Of a stretch of 64,000 bases of DNA, positions 1-13,000 are shown piece by piece (the stretch's first letter is position 1; every line of letters begins with the position of its first letter). The position numbers and the translations under genes are program-made. The notes beneath the pieces were generated by a model that made no database searches, had not been told where the DNA came from, and was given only the letters and a program-made list of their open reading frames with translations. Source of the DNA: Bugula neritina (taxonomy: Eukaryota > Animalia > Bryozoa); contig OZ037773.1 in NCBI GenBank assembly GCA_964035545.1, forward strand, positions 4,741,751 through 4,805,750, read 5' to 3'.

Positions 1-2248
1 GACATCCTTGACTATAAGCAATACTACTTTGACTTTAATGCAGCTAATGCAGGTAAGTCAACTATTTAAATTGAAATACATGTTGATTAAGTTCTAGTAA
101 ATTTAGACATATTATAATAAAGCATTGTGACTCTGTGACTATTTGTGGAAAAACTTGTGGATGAGAGTGAAAACTGATACCAAAATTTAAATTTCTCTAT
201 TTTGACTTAAAATAACTCTGGACAGAATAACTGGCTCTTAGGATTCTGGTATTTTGAAGTTGTGTAAACCGTCATTGGAAATGCTGCAATCAAAAATTTT
301 CTATTCAATATACTATAATAATACTCATAATATGATATAATGCATTGCAATATAATGTACAGCTGCTTACATAGTATATTCCCTTATGCATACAGGCAAG
401 AATACAGAGTGGAGACAACTCTATCAATTTACTAACGCTTATGAAGTAGCAGATGCGAGTGTAGCATCCGTCCAAAAGGTGATATTTCCAGCAAAACTGC
501 TTCCAGCTATCATATTTATTATCTCTATAATAAATATATATTTCTGTCATCCAATAGTGATGAATTATTTGAAATTTTCAACATTTACTGTAGATAATGT
601 ACAGTATGTAACGTACAGTATCAACTGGTTTGCTGTGAAATATGCCTAAACAGCAGCTAGATAGTTGCAATACTAATAAATGACTGATTTTTTGTCCACT
701 TGCAGGCAGCTGAAAAAGTAAGGACTGGAGAAAAAATTAATGAATATCTCCAAGCATATTATCTTGTCCCAAACAGCACAATAGATTGTGAAGATACTTG
801 CAGGTAAAGTTTCAATATGCTTCATTCATGTCTAGGTAAAATTGTGTTTTGTATAGGAGTTGTTTACACCATGTAAATGCTGTCGGAAAACCATAACGTG
901 AATCTACTTTACGACAATTAGAAAACTGCTGCAGCTAAGCTTTCGTATTACATAGAGCAATTGATACTGTAATATTTATGGAGAGATGTGCCTATAGCCA
1001 AGCCTCCCATGTAAACATTTCCAACATTTTGAATTTATTTTAAAATGAGTTTTGAAAACTGAGAAAAAAGTTAAACTTAAATTTACTCTATATAAATGTA
1101 TTTTGTATACCAGCTAAACAATACCCTGATAACCATTGTATATTATTTCACTTTATATGAGTATTATGCTACTAGAGTGATTCATTATAATACGATTTCA
1201 CATCATTGTCAGTAAATTGAACTAAAGTTTTTTTAAAGATAAGCATCTTCATGCTGTGAATTATTTCATTAAAAGCACTTATAATCAAACAGTTTGCATA
1301 ATTTATTGCAAATTCATGTAAATAACTTAATAAGCATATTGTAATTCAAACATGCAGCTCTGTATTATAAAAAACCAAATCGTTAGTGTTATGTTTCCAT
1401 GATTTTTTACCAAATTGTTTATTTGGATGCTATAGAAAAACTTTGCTTCTATTGGGACTCGAACCCTAGACCTCTGGCTTGCAAACAGGTGAGCTAACCA
1501 TTACACCATGAAGGCCACTGGGTAAACTCGACACTACATCCTACCCAGTTCTCTGAACTCCCCTGACCTCTCTACTACTCCATCAGTCTTGAGACTACCC
1601 TGGCCTTTCATCCCCTCGGAGTACTACTACACTTCACTATAAAGGCCTAAATGGCTTATAGTAAAACTTTGCCCCCAATGGGATTCGAACCACAGGCCAA
1701 AAAGTGGGGGACTTTGTAAGCCGAGACCTCTAGCTTACAAGCAGTTGTACCGAAAGGGCCACTGGGTAAACTCAACAGTACAATTGCTAAAGTTAGAAAT
1801 GAAGCAACAAAATAAATAAGCACTACAAAATAAAATACATTATAAACTAAAAAACTCTTACAAGCTATTGGTTTGATAAACTCTGATTAATTTTTGTATG
1901 ACTGTACCTGATTATGGACATACTTTAACAAAATTCAAAATATATATAATAATTTGATTAATACACGTTAAAATATCTCAGCAGCAATTTGCCTGGTATC
2001 CCTTGGCTTGTAATGACAAGTTATAGCAGGTGGAAAATTCTCTGCTAATGCAAGAAATGTTCTACGATTACAGAGCTGGGCTGTCTTGTGCCATATTTGA
2101 AACAGAGCATAGCAAGGCTCGGCAGTGTGTAGAGGCGATCAGAGGTCTTACCAAAACCACAACTACAGATTCTGGTGGAACAATAGTCATCTTTTCACGT
2201 TCCGTTTTACTCATTGCTGCAGCTTTCACAAGTATCTATTTAGGTTAA
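1..2248 (+). CDS. SMPDL3B: Acid sphingomyelinase-like phosphodiesterase 3 (SMPDL3B-like), last four coding exons; 5' part lies outside the window
   Basis: Phase-consistent exons 1-52, 396-478, 706-803 and 2074-2248 give DILDYKQYYFDFNAANA-GKNTEWRQLYQFTNAYEVADASVASVQK-AAEKVRTGEKINEYLQAYYLVPNSTIDCEDTC-RAGLSCAIFETEHSKARQCVEAIRGLTKTTTTDSGGTIVIFSRSVLLIAAAFTSIYLG*. This matches the SMPDL3 C-terminal domain pattern (QYY-N/D-x-xAN, W-LY-FT-AY, CxxxC...CAI...C). The hydrophobic tail after DSGG resembles a GPI signal. A versus B orthology is uncertain. Confidence 0.82.
1432..1780 (-). repeat. Two tandem tRNA-derived (SINE-like) units, about 245 bp apart
   Basis: The minus strand reads GGCCTTCATGGTGTAATGGTTAGCTCACCTGTTTGCAAGCCAGAGGTCTAGGGTTCGAGTCCC, with an A box and a B box. 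A second, diverged copy at about 1657-1780 shares GAGTTTACCCAGTGGCC, GGTTCGAATCCC and GCAAAGTTTT. The acceptor stem does not pair, so this is not a functional tRNA. Confidence 0.7.
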
Positions 2249-2517
2249 TGTGAGGCAGGTTGTATGGGTTATTAATAGAATTGTTATATCTATAATTTGA
2301 TTTAAATTTCTTCTGTACACTCTTTTTAAATAGAAAATATAATTATTGATGAAAAATGTTTTAATAATATCTGTGTTTTCAAGTATGAGTGAATAAATTA
2401 GTGAAGATAATTTGATGAACTTTGTCATTTAATATGCATTTTATGATTAATTAACTGTCAAACATTTAAATTAGAATTGTTTTACAGAAAATGGTTGTCA
2501 ATGGGCAAACTGAAATC

Positions 2518-2940
2518 ACTAATGCACTGGTGTAAATGTATTAATGTAATAAAGTATGCACATACTATAGTGTACTAATGCACTACTGCATAACTGCACT
2601 AATCTATTAACGTCTTAATGTACTAGTGTACTAATACACTAATGCATTATTACATTAGTGCATTAGTGCACTAATGCACTATTGTACAGTTATACTAATT
2701 CAATAATGCACTATTGTACTAATGCAATATTATACTAACATATTAATTTAATAATGCACTATTTTACTAGTGCATTAATGAACTAATGTACTATTGCACT
2801 ATTGTATTTTTTTCTCACCTGTCTCAGCTTTGTCCTGTTTTGTACTATTGTAATAATGTACACTAATATATTAATACAACAGTGCACTGTTGCACTAATG
2901 CATTAATACACTAATGTACTTCTGCACTATTGCAATAATG
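2518..2940. repeat. Degenerate short-period repeat (TAATGCACTA / TAGTGCATTA), self-complementary
   Basis: Many imperfect copies of ctaatgcact and attgcact occur together with their reverse complements. Confidence 0.75.
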
Positions 2941-4730
2941 TATGTCCAGAAATGCCTGCTAGAAGTTTACTTTAGTTTCTTCAGTAGCTTATATTTGTAA
3001 GTGCTGCTTCCACAATGTGTAAAACTAACCAAAGCAAAAACCAAACCAACACAATGCAATTTAAACAAGTCTAGAAGCTGATTTCTAATGATAAATATTC
3101 AGTAAAGCACAGTACGAAAAACCTCTTGAAACATAGCTCTTAATTAGTTTATTCACAATGAGGGAGCATGTGAGTGCAAATTTGAGATTAAAAAATTACC
3201 ACCACCTATTTTATATACAAGCTAGTTTCGAGAAATATAATCTTCATTTCTCACTGTAAATAGTATCATGAAAACAAAACAATATACATTTACTTCTAGT
3301 TGGGCAACAACAGCTTACATTTACAAATTTAAAACATTTAATTTTATAGTTGAGTAGCTAACAAAACAACAACTTCAAATTTTTATCATAAATTGATATA
3401 ATGCTGGCTAAAGAATTATGTAATCACATTGATGAAAACATGCTACCATAGGCATAAGATTTTTTATAGAACTATGCTACAATACTATAAAATAATATTA
3501 TATTATAATATTATGTATTTTATAGTATAATATGTTATAATAGCATGAGAGAGGGAAGGAGATTGACATAAGCTAATTTAGACAGACAGTTTCAGAGTAC
3601 CCTATCATTTATCAAAAACTATGTTATGGTATAAATTAGCTCTCATCATATTATATTAAACAACAGCAAGGTTGAGGCTGCATCCATCACACTATAATGG
3701 TTTTTCAATGATTTATTTTACTAGAAATTTTGAACCTTATTATCTGATTAAAAATTCCAGGATAAATGCTATCCTAAACTAGCACAGCACAGTCACCATA
3801 ACTTTATCATAGTTATGTTATGTTATGCTATGCTATGTTATTAGTTATGTAGTAGTAGTTTATTGTCTATACTGGCTGTGTTAAGATAAACTTGTATATA
3901 AAACTTGTTGGTACGAAAGTTCCTATTTAACTAATATTATTAATTGTTGTTTATTGCGTATGTTGCTGTGTATAGAGTATATGGCAGAACACCTGACACA
4001 TTTCTTTTATGAAGGAATACATTATTCATATATATGTATATATAACTATAATGTATGCATATCTTAGCTACTTCCTACAGACTGTTTGAGGGATGTATGA
4101 TCAAGTAATAATTCGTTTGATAAGAAATTCTCTACTCATGAAGATGATGAGGTTTCTCATTCACAAGAATAAAATGAATACTAATTAGTGTTGCTGACTT
4201 TCATTGGATGCTATTCTTAGCTGCTGCTGCAACACACAGCTTAATTACTGAGTTGGCTAGAACAGTTTAACTAATTAAAGCCAAGCGGCTAAATGCTGCG
4301 CATCTTTCCCAACAGAGTTATCTTCCCATATAAGGGTTCAGCAAAGGCGAAGGCTGATCATTGTAGACTGAATATGACAAAGTGAGTTTGTAATCAAGTT
4401 AAAACAAATACAAAAATCAAGAGTTTTATTAAGGATATAGCTTGTTTTGATGTAAGATTTCTTCTATTATTATATGACGAATAAAGAAAGAAATACAATT
4501 GAATGGTCGGTCGCAACATGTACAAATGTAGAGAAAACTTTAAGCACATAAAAATAAGCAAATCAGATAAAACAATATTTTTCTTAGAAGAGTTATATTT
4601 AGTCACCTATGTCACTACTAGTCCATTGTTCTGATGAAAAAGTGTTACACCTCTACACAATACGAGGTGAAGCATTGACTCATGCATTTCAGCTTTTGTA
4701 GAGAAGCAAATTGAATTTCTGTCAGAGAAT

Positions 4731-7700
4731 TTAGACATTGTTGAGGTCAGCAATAGCACTGTGTAAGTTCTCTTGCATGGCCTTCAACTTCTCTATAGCT
4801 TCAGCCAAGTCTTTCTCCAATTTCTCGTTATCCATTCGAAGTTTGATAGCCTCTCTTTCATGGTCAGCTGCAGATGTCTCAGCTGACTCCAATTTGTCTC
4901 CCAAAGACTTTACTTGAGCCTGCAAGATAAACATTTCTAAATCTATCATTTGTCTACAAATTATCAAATAAAATGTTTAACATGATTGCAAAATAAAAAG
5001 AAAATTTGAATGCTCTAAGTTGTTGACTAGGTTAGCAAACGCTTTCAAAACCAACATTTCACTAAATGAGTTCAATGAAGCCCAGAAACTTTAATTATTC
5101 ATTGGTATCTAAGTGATCAAAAAATTTCTTGTAAAGCAATCTTTACTACAAGTATGCTGTTTTTACTGCCTAGTAAACTTTGTTAACTTTTGTACTAGCT
5201 GGTGTCTTCTTTTGCACATGTGCATGCTTCAGAAATAACGATATTATAGGTAAATACTTTGAGAATCACAAGCTTACTAAATGGAATCTTAACTAATAGT
5301 GACTCACAGGAACTCAAAGTGATTGGCAGTGCGACTGATAATTGTACAGAAGATTAGCATTTACAAATTTGACAACATTAACAGCAGTCAAAGAAATCTA
5401 TTCAAATTCCTATAAGAAAGATAAAGTACAGTACGGTATATACAGAGTAACTTTCATTCTTGTTTCAACTAAATTTGCAATGGCATAAGCACTTTGAAAA
5501 GCGAATTCAAGAGAATTAAAAAAAAGATAATTTTCGATTTTGTTTGCTACTTTACAAATTTAAATTGAAGAATGTGCATTTTAAAAAGTAATAATCTTGA
5601 ATCATAAACATGCTGCTTACAAGATAATCTTCCTCGGCCTTCTCAAGCATCGATACTTTGTGAGTCAGTCCGTTGACAGACTCCTCAAAGTCCTTCTCCT
5701 TTGTCTTATGTTCTTCGATGGTGTTGTTGGAAGTGCTAAGGTTCTCCTGGAGGGTGTAGTTTTCCGACTCTAAGTTTTGAATCTTGAAAAAAAATTTACA
5801 ACGGTTTTAGAAATGGTGCTTGGAAAAAATAGTTTCCTTTGCATTATACATATAATATTTACAGTCTCCTCTAAAAACACAAATACTCAACTATAAGCAG
5901 TGAAATTTAATAATTTAAGTACTATAGTTGTTGTCATTATAATTAATACTAATAGATTTTCTATTGTATGTATCAAGTTCTGCAGTTTATATTTCAAAAG
6001 AGATAAATGAATAAAATGAATTCATACAACTGTAGCAATAACTATTGATAAAAACTTCATGGTGTTTGTTTTACTGTTACAACATAAACTAGTGTTTTGG
6101 CCTGCCCAATTAATGCATGGTAATATAGACATAATTAATAAAATTTGCCACGGTTAACCATTGCTATGACCCAACAAGATGCTGAATTGCAGGCAGTGAT
6201 TTAAGTGATGATATTTTATCACAATGAAGTGGAGTTGTTGCCCCATAGAATACAAGTGAATTTCAATAACAACTGTTGGGAAAACTATACCAAAATATTG
6301 TGTAACAGCCTGGTTTATATGCTCAATCTATTAAGCGGTGCAAAGGCAAAGACAGCACAGGTAACAGACAACAGTTTTATAACATAGAACGACACGATGA
6401 AACAAAGGTATTGGGGTTGAGGGCGGGGCCTATGTATCTGTCAATTTTTGTCTTTTTTATAAGTGCAGATTATCAGGTCTTTCGAGGAAATAAAGCAAAG
6501 GGTTCTACATATATAAGGTTGGCGAGGCAGAATCTCTGGTAACCTATAACTTGATACTTACCACAATATTGCGGGTGGGGTTTCTCACCCCCTACCCACA
6601 GACGTCTTTTGAGTAATCTGATAAGGATAAGAGTATCACTTGAGTTGCATTCACTTATTATTAAGCAGTCAATTAATGGAGCTTTTATTCTATATTTTGA
6701 AGGGCAAATGGTTCACAAAGCAAAGAAAGGGATTGTTTTAATGACTGCATAACATTTCTGGAATTATGACCATCAGTAATTAATTAGGAAACATAATTAG
6801 CTGGTATAATGCTAGACTGAATGATATATTCTGCAGGTAAATATTCGGTTTATGTTCAATGCCAATAGTTACCTGCAATGAGTTAATTAATTCCGCTTAT
6901 AGCAGAAGGAAGGCAGATTATAATATTCATTATATGTAGCACAAAACCTACCAACAATCTTTAGCCCATCAGAGCAGTCAAAACTCTGGCAACATTCGTT
7001 AAAATTCTTAGAGGTAAAATGTTTTTAACAAAGCCAATAAGAAATACTAGCCTTATGGCTAACATTTGCTATTTGAATTGAGATTGCAGAAGTGAAAGAG
7101 CTTTAGTATCTAACATAGATTTTTATTTCCCTCTTAATTGAAATGATAATCGCAAATTTATAAATTTTGAGCTAGAGCAAAAATAAACCTTTTTATTGAA
7201 ATTAAACACAAACATGTTGCTACTACAAAAAAACTTTTGTAGACACACACACATCTACCTGACTAGTACAAGAATACCCTACATAAAAACTCGAGTTATT
7301 GGCCAGTTACCATAGTTTGAGAGCTTTGTCCACCAATGAAAACACTGATAACTAATAGTTGAACCAATCAGTAGACATATAACAAACCTTTCTGTGAAGA
7401 TCATCTCTATCATTTTCAGCCTGTGACAGAGCATCTTGACAGTCTTTGAGTTGCTGTGCCAGCTGATCAGCTCTGTCGTTAGCTTCATCTTTCTCATTCC
7501 TCAACCTACACAGGAAATTACATCACATCCTTTGGTAAAACACTTTCAACTTCGTTACAGAATTGTGTAGTTTCAAAAAGTTTTGTTGTTTAAACATTAT
7601 TTTCATTAGCAAATTGATTGGTCTTCGAATTCAAGCATAGCCTGGATATGTTCACGAAATTAATTTAATTCTACTTTTGTTTCTTGTTTAAGTTAAAATT

Positions 7701-7965
7701 CATAAATTATTTTAATATTCTGGTTAGCCCGATGCTGCTTCATTAGTACCAAATTTCTATAAGCAAAACTGTTATATGAGTTTCGAAAAATAACCATTTT
7801 AGTTACATAAACCCAAAAGATTTTTGTCATAATTAATAAAAAAACTCTGTAAGAATGTTGTCACAATTAATAAATAAACTGGTATGATCTGTAGTAGAAA
7901 GACAAAAGCCCTTACCTGACCATCTTGTTCTTAACAGAATCCATATCAATGTTGGCTCCATCCAT
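4731..7965 (-). CDS. Short tropomyosin-like coiled-coil protein, about 172 aa, 4 exons
   Basis: Exons 7965-7916, 7505-7388, 5782-5621 and 4919-4731 have GT-AG sites and phases 2,0,0. Protein: MDGANIDMDSVKNKMVRLRNEKDEANDRADQLAQQLKDCQDALSQAENDRDDLHRK-IQNLESENYTLQENLSTSNNTIEEHKTKEKDFEESVNGLTHKVSMLEKAEEDYL-AQVKSLGDKLESAETSAADHEREAIKLRMDNEKLEKDLAEAIEKLKAMQENLHSAIADLNNV*. The N-terminus resembles tropomyosin [24 protein letters not shown], the C-terminus resembles L..ELNNL, and there is no proline. Confidence 0.8.
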
Positions 7966-10001
7966 CTTGGCTGTATGTTCAGTGCTAGGGAATGAGAAAT
8001 GTAAAGCAGAACCTTCTCCTTCGAGTATCCAAATAAGCAAACCTTCACTGCTGCTGCCGCACCTAGAGTGGAGTTGAAAGGTCGAGTAGCTAGCTTAAAA
8101 TCTCTCGTCTGGCATTTAATCAGTAGTGTAACGCCTTACCCTATAAGGGCATACATGTGTGTATACATTAACAAAATTATAGGTAATTACAACATCTCTT
8201 GCATTCTTTATTGCTCTCTACTAATTAAAGGGTGGATCCAGCATACCTGCTGTAAATGGAGCAAGGGTTGATCTTTAACTTTCTACTTTGAGCACAGTAA
8301 TAGTTTTTTCTTAAAAATGTGGTATATATTGTAAGTTTTAGAGATTATCAGCAAGAAGTTAAAGATGGAAAATAGTCTGCTAACATCAAGTAGGTGTACA
8401 GCTTGTATATAGTATACTGTGAACAAAGAACCTGCAGCAGCTCTATAGGGCTATAATTGAAATACAAAACCTGGAAAAGATTTCTTGTTAAATAGTGAAT
8501 AAAAATTCCTTAGCTTGGCCTTGAATAAGAATTATAAACTGGTCTCAATTTAATAACTGATGGAGAGGGGGCTGTGAACATTCTGTGTACACTCCTTTAT
8601 TAACAATAAGCCAGCCCCATTCATATGCTCAATTGTAAACCATGAAATAAATTGCTAATTGGTAACTAAATAACAGATATTATACTTCTTATACTAATAA
8701 TTAACTGGAATATCATAATTGGTTGTATGTTGAAACACTACAAAAAGAAATGATGTAAAAATGCAATGCTTTGGCTTAGTAATCATATTAGAGTTTTGAA
8801 ATGTTACTCAGATATATAGAAGCCTATTGATGTTATTGCATTCTCTTTGAGAAATAATAGTATAACCCAATCAACTCTATTACCTTATGCACCGCCTAGT
8901 AGGAAGAAGGGAGGATTTCACAATGCCCCCCACGTAGTAATCCTTCTTTAGGCCATTATCATGCATGCTGTTCCACACACACAAAATTTGCTTCATGTAG
9001 CCCTACCCTTCGACTGTATACAAGTGCAAGCAAGTGCTTCTGAAAAAGAAGATTCTAAACTTTCATCTCCCTTCGTATGAACACTTCAACACCACTTGCT
9101 ATCTTTACTGCTTATTATGTGCATCACAGACAGATTATTGAAATGTTAAATTCTTCTTAATTGTATTCAACTAACATCTGGCCTGTGAGATTGAAGTAAC
9201 AGGATTACTAGTCAATCATCTAAGATAAAGTACAGCTAGAGCCTGCATAGCCTCTGTTCCATGTAAACACTCTAGCAATCAAATAAAATGCCTTAGGCTA
9301 GATATTGTTACATGTAGGTATATATTTAAAATAATAATTCATAATTTTCTAATAAATAACATAATCACTAAAAAGAACAATGCTAGTCACAGCCTAAATT
9401 GATAAGGGGAAGAGGAAGAGAATGTGTCCTAAACCCTTGAAACCCCTTCTATGATTTAATCAAAATGCAGCAATGAACAAATTGAATGCATACTTTAGTT
9501 ATTCTCATTATACTGATAGACATTATATTCGTATATTTGTTTCCAAAAAGATGGCAAATCATGCTTACGAAATATTTTTGTTACAATGTCTAACAATACT
9601 GCATATTGTTGACTGATTGCATATCACATTATACACATCTCTATAAGAAGCATAAAATATAAATTTACAAAATATATAAATATTAATGCTGTAACTTCGC
9701 CAAGTTTTGTTATAAGTTCATGGTAATAAATTAATAGCATATTCAAGCTGAAATTCACCTATATAATGAATGGATAAGGTGAACATGATTTTCACAAATG
9801 ATTTTGTATTGGTTTTACTGTAAATGTGTGACTAAAGATAAACAGAGCTACTATGTAGCTGAGACAAGGGGCACGACTACCAACATCCTGTGTGCATATA
9901 CCATATAGTAGGTGGATTTGTATGCTACTCATACAGCTACTGCCAACTGGAACTTATCAGTACACACACTAATGTTTAACCTAAACCAATATAACATCAT
10001 A

Positions 10002-13000
10002 TAGTCTAGAAGTAACCTTCCAAAAAGTGCTCAAAAAATTGGCTTATTACACTTTACTAGGTGGCCACTCAAAAAAAGTTGTTTCTAGATCAAAATTTTG
10101 TGCTGATTCTGAATCTACAAACTCTAGAATTCTATCTCTACCCAAACTCAAGATATTGCAAAAAACAAATCGGCATTTGTGAATTGTGCAAAATAGTATC
10201 CAATTTTATCAAGCTATCTTGAAGAAAAAATATTTGTTGAAATACGAAAAAAAATTGCCTCTTACTTAGAATTCTATGCTGATACTGAATTTAAAGACTG
10301 CAAGAGGCTATCTCAAATTATAACCAAGTTGTTTATATAAACATATATAGTCTAGAAGTAACCTCCCAAAAAGTGCTCAAAAAATTGGCTTATTACACTT
10401 TACTAAATGGCCACTCAAAAAAAGTTGTTTTTAAATCAGAATTTTGTGCTGATTCTGAATCTACAAATTTTAGAATTCTATCTCTACCCAAACTCAAGTT
10501 ATTGTAAAAAACAAATCGACGTTTTAGATGGGTGATAAAAAGAAATGTAGATTGTGAAAAATAGTATCCAATTTTATCAAGCTATCTTGAAAAAAAGAAA
10601 TTTGCTGAAATACCAAAAATAATTGCCTCTTACTTAGAATTCTATGCTGATATTGAATTTAAAGACTGCAAGACGCTATCTCAAATTAAAACCAAGTTGT
10701 TTATATAAACATATGTGTTTGTTATGAATCGACATATTGCATAAGGCATAAGCATGCAGAATAATCATGTATGACCAAGCTATTTATACAAAAATAAAAA
10801 CAAAGTCATGCTGATGTGTGAAAAAACTATATTTATAAAATTATAGTACAAAATAAATGTTGAAATGAATAAGTATTGAAATCTTTTGAGCTCAGCCCAA
10901 GTGAACCATTTGCTATATAGTCTGTCGGTAACCGTTAAACGTCTGCAAAAATCAACAAAATTCTGTAAAATTATTTAGAGGAACAGAAGCATGAGAGATT
11001 ATCAAAATCAAATTGGTTGCAGCAAAATATATAACAAATGTCTAAAAATAGTGCTTTATTATGAAAAGTATTCTCGCCATCATTTTCACTGCCATCAGTC
11101 TCATCAGCTTCTTCCCCAATATAAAGGTTCTTTTCAGACAATCCTTACATTGACAAACATCAGTGTATGCACTGCATTTGAGATTTTTGACATCCACATC
11201 TTGATATGTTGCAACTGGTCTTACAGGAGCAGTTTAAACTTTGCAATATACATGTTCAGGTGCGGAAGCTTGAATCATCTACTTTATATTTATGTTGCCA
11301 TGATTCTCAACAATCTTTTCATAATGTTCTGGGGTAGTGCATCAATATAGGCTGTTGTCACTCTTCTCCAAATGGCTGCTTGATAATTTGATCTTTTTAC
11401 ATGCAAATTTAATTCATCTTTTGTTGGAGGCAAACTCTATTAAGTTATTTTAGACGGTGAACAAAATACAGTGTATCAGACATTATCTATATATGGATTT
11501 CCTGCTCCATAAAGCTTATAGATAAATTGTTCTACTTCAGCCGCTGTAATAGCTTACAGCTTAAAATACTTCCCAAGGTGTTCAAAGTTTCCCATACATT
11601 ATGGATATTTTCTCAAAAAAGAGTAGGCTGTGCGCTATCCTTTTCCATAAAAAGCACTATAGTCGAATAAAAACCTGTTAAAGCATGAAATCTACCAAGT
11701 GCTGCACACAACTGCGGTTTGGATTTATTTGCTGCAATGTTGACATCCAAATATCTAATATGATTATGGTTTCCTCACGCTATTTTTATTTTGTTACCAT
11801 ATATATTACTATTATCTATATAACTGATGAATTGATTGCTAATATGCTAATAGCTATATGTAGCTAATACATATACTAATACTAATACTAATACTAATAT
11901 AGTAATACATTAATAATAGACACTATCTTTAATGGATACTTATTAACAAAATATATTTTCAAACAACAGACAAGATGTATAAAATAATATACAAAATTAA
12001 TAAGTTAATGCAAATCAAAAGAATTTATTTATGTGCTAAATAACAAGCAATTGATCCAAGTTTATTTAAATATACATATATTTCAATAATATTAAAATAA
12101 GTTGCACATGAAAATAAATTTTACCAAAATAAATAACTAGTGTCTAAGTAGGAAATTTACCCTAGCCTCTATCTGGCATGACACCATGATTACCACACCC
12201 GTGAAAAAATATAATTGGTAAGAAGGTAATGTTTTGCAAATAGCGAGACTTAGGATGAAAACATCAGTGTCTTGAGATTTGATTATTACACGTGAGATTA
12301 TGATGTTCATATGATATTTTGCATGTAACAAAGTTTGTGTATCTGCTTCCTCATGATCACATTGTAAACATTTGAGTTGTGCTTTCTTAGGAATTCCACC
12401 ATGTTTGTAAAGCTCTAACTGAATGCAATTTGCTTTTGGTATGCATCAACTATAATAACAATATTGTTCTCTAAAATATTTTTACTCCATGTTTCACACA
12501 AAAATGCACCAGTCTTAAACTCAGCTTATTTTATTTGCTGATAAGAAATTATTATTTTTGTAACAAATGGCACACATGAAAAAAGTACATGCCTATGATC
12601 TTTGAATGAGGCAGCCCAAGATCATTTTTCTAATGGGTGGTCTAAATATAACCATATATATTAAAAATTATAGGAAAGCTTTAGGGTATTTCTTCTGTAA
12701 CTATAACTGAGATAAATTGGCTCTATAGTCATTATATCAAGATAGTATAAAAATATGCATTTTAACCAATAACATTGTTTTAAAAACCAAATTGCTTATG
12801 TATATATAGTTCAGCCTAAATTTATTGGCAAAGCTCAATTGTACACATTTAAAATATTATCTTCCGGAGTGCAGATCAACCAGCTCATGCTTCTCATTAC
12901 TTTTTTGTAAAAGTAGTTATTATAATAAAAATGGTGAAGAAAATCATTGTCAGACACAGCTTTACTTATAATTCGCCTTTTTTATAGCCGATCAATAATA

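Noticed and set aside
1445-1516. Functional tRNA (Ala/Cys-like)
   Set aside because: The acceptor and anticodon stems are mismatched, and it is part of a repeat.
6440-6600. snRNA-like motifs (AATTTTTG, ATACTTACC)
   Set aside because: The motifs are in the wrong order and there is no further similarity to U1 or other Sm RNAs.
10991-11350. 119-aa plus-strand ORF
   Set aside because: It is the antisense shadow of the transposase pseudogene.
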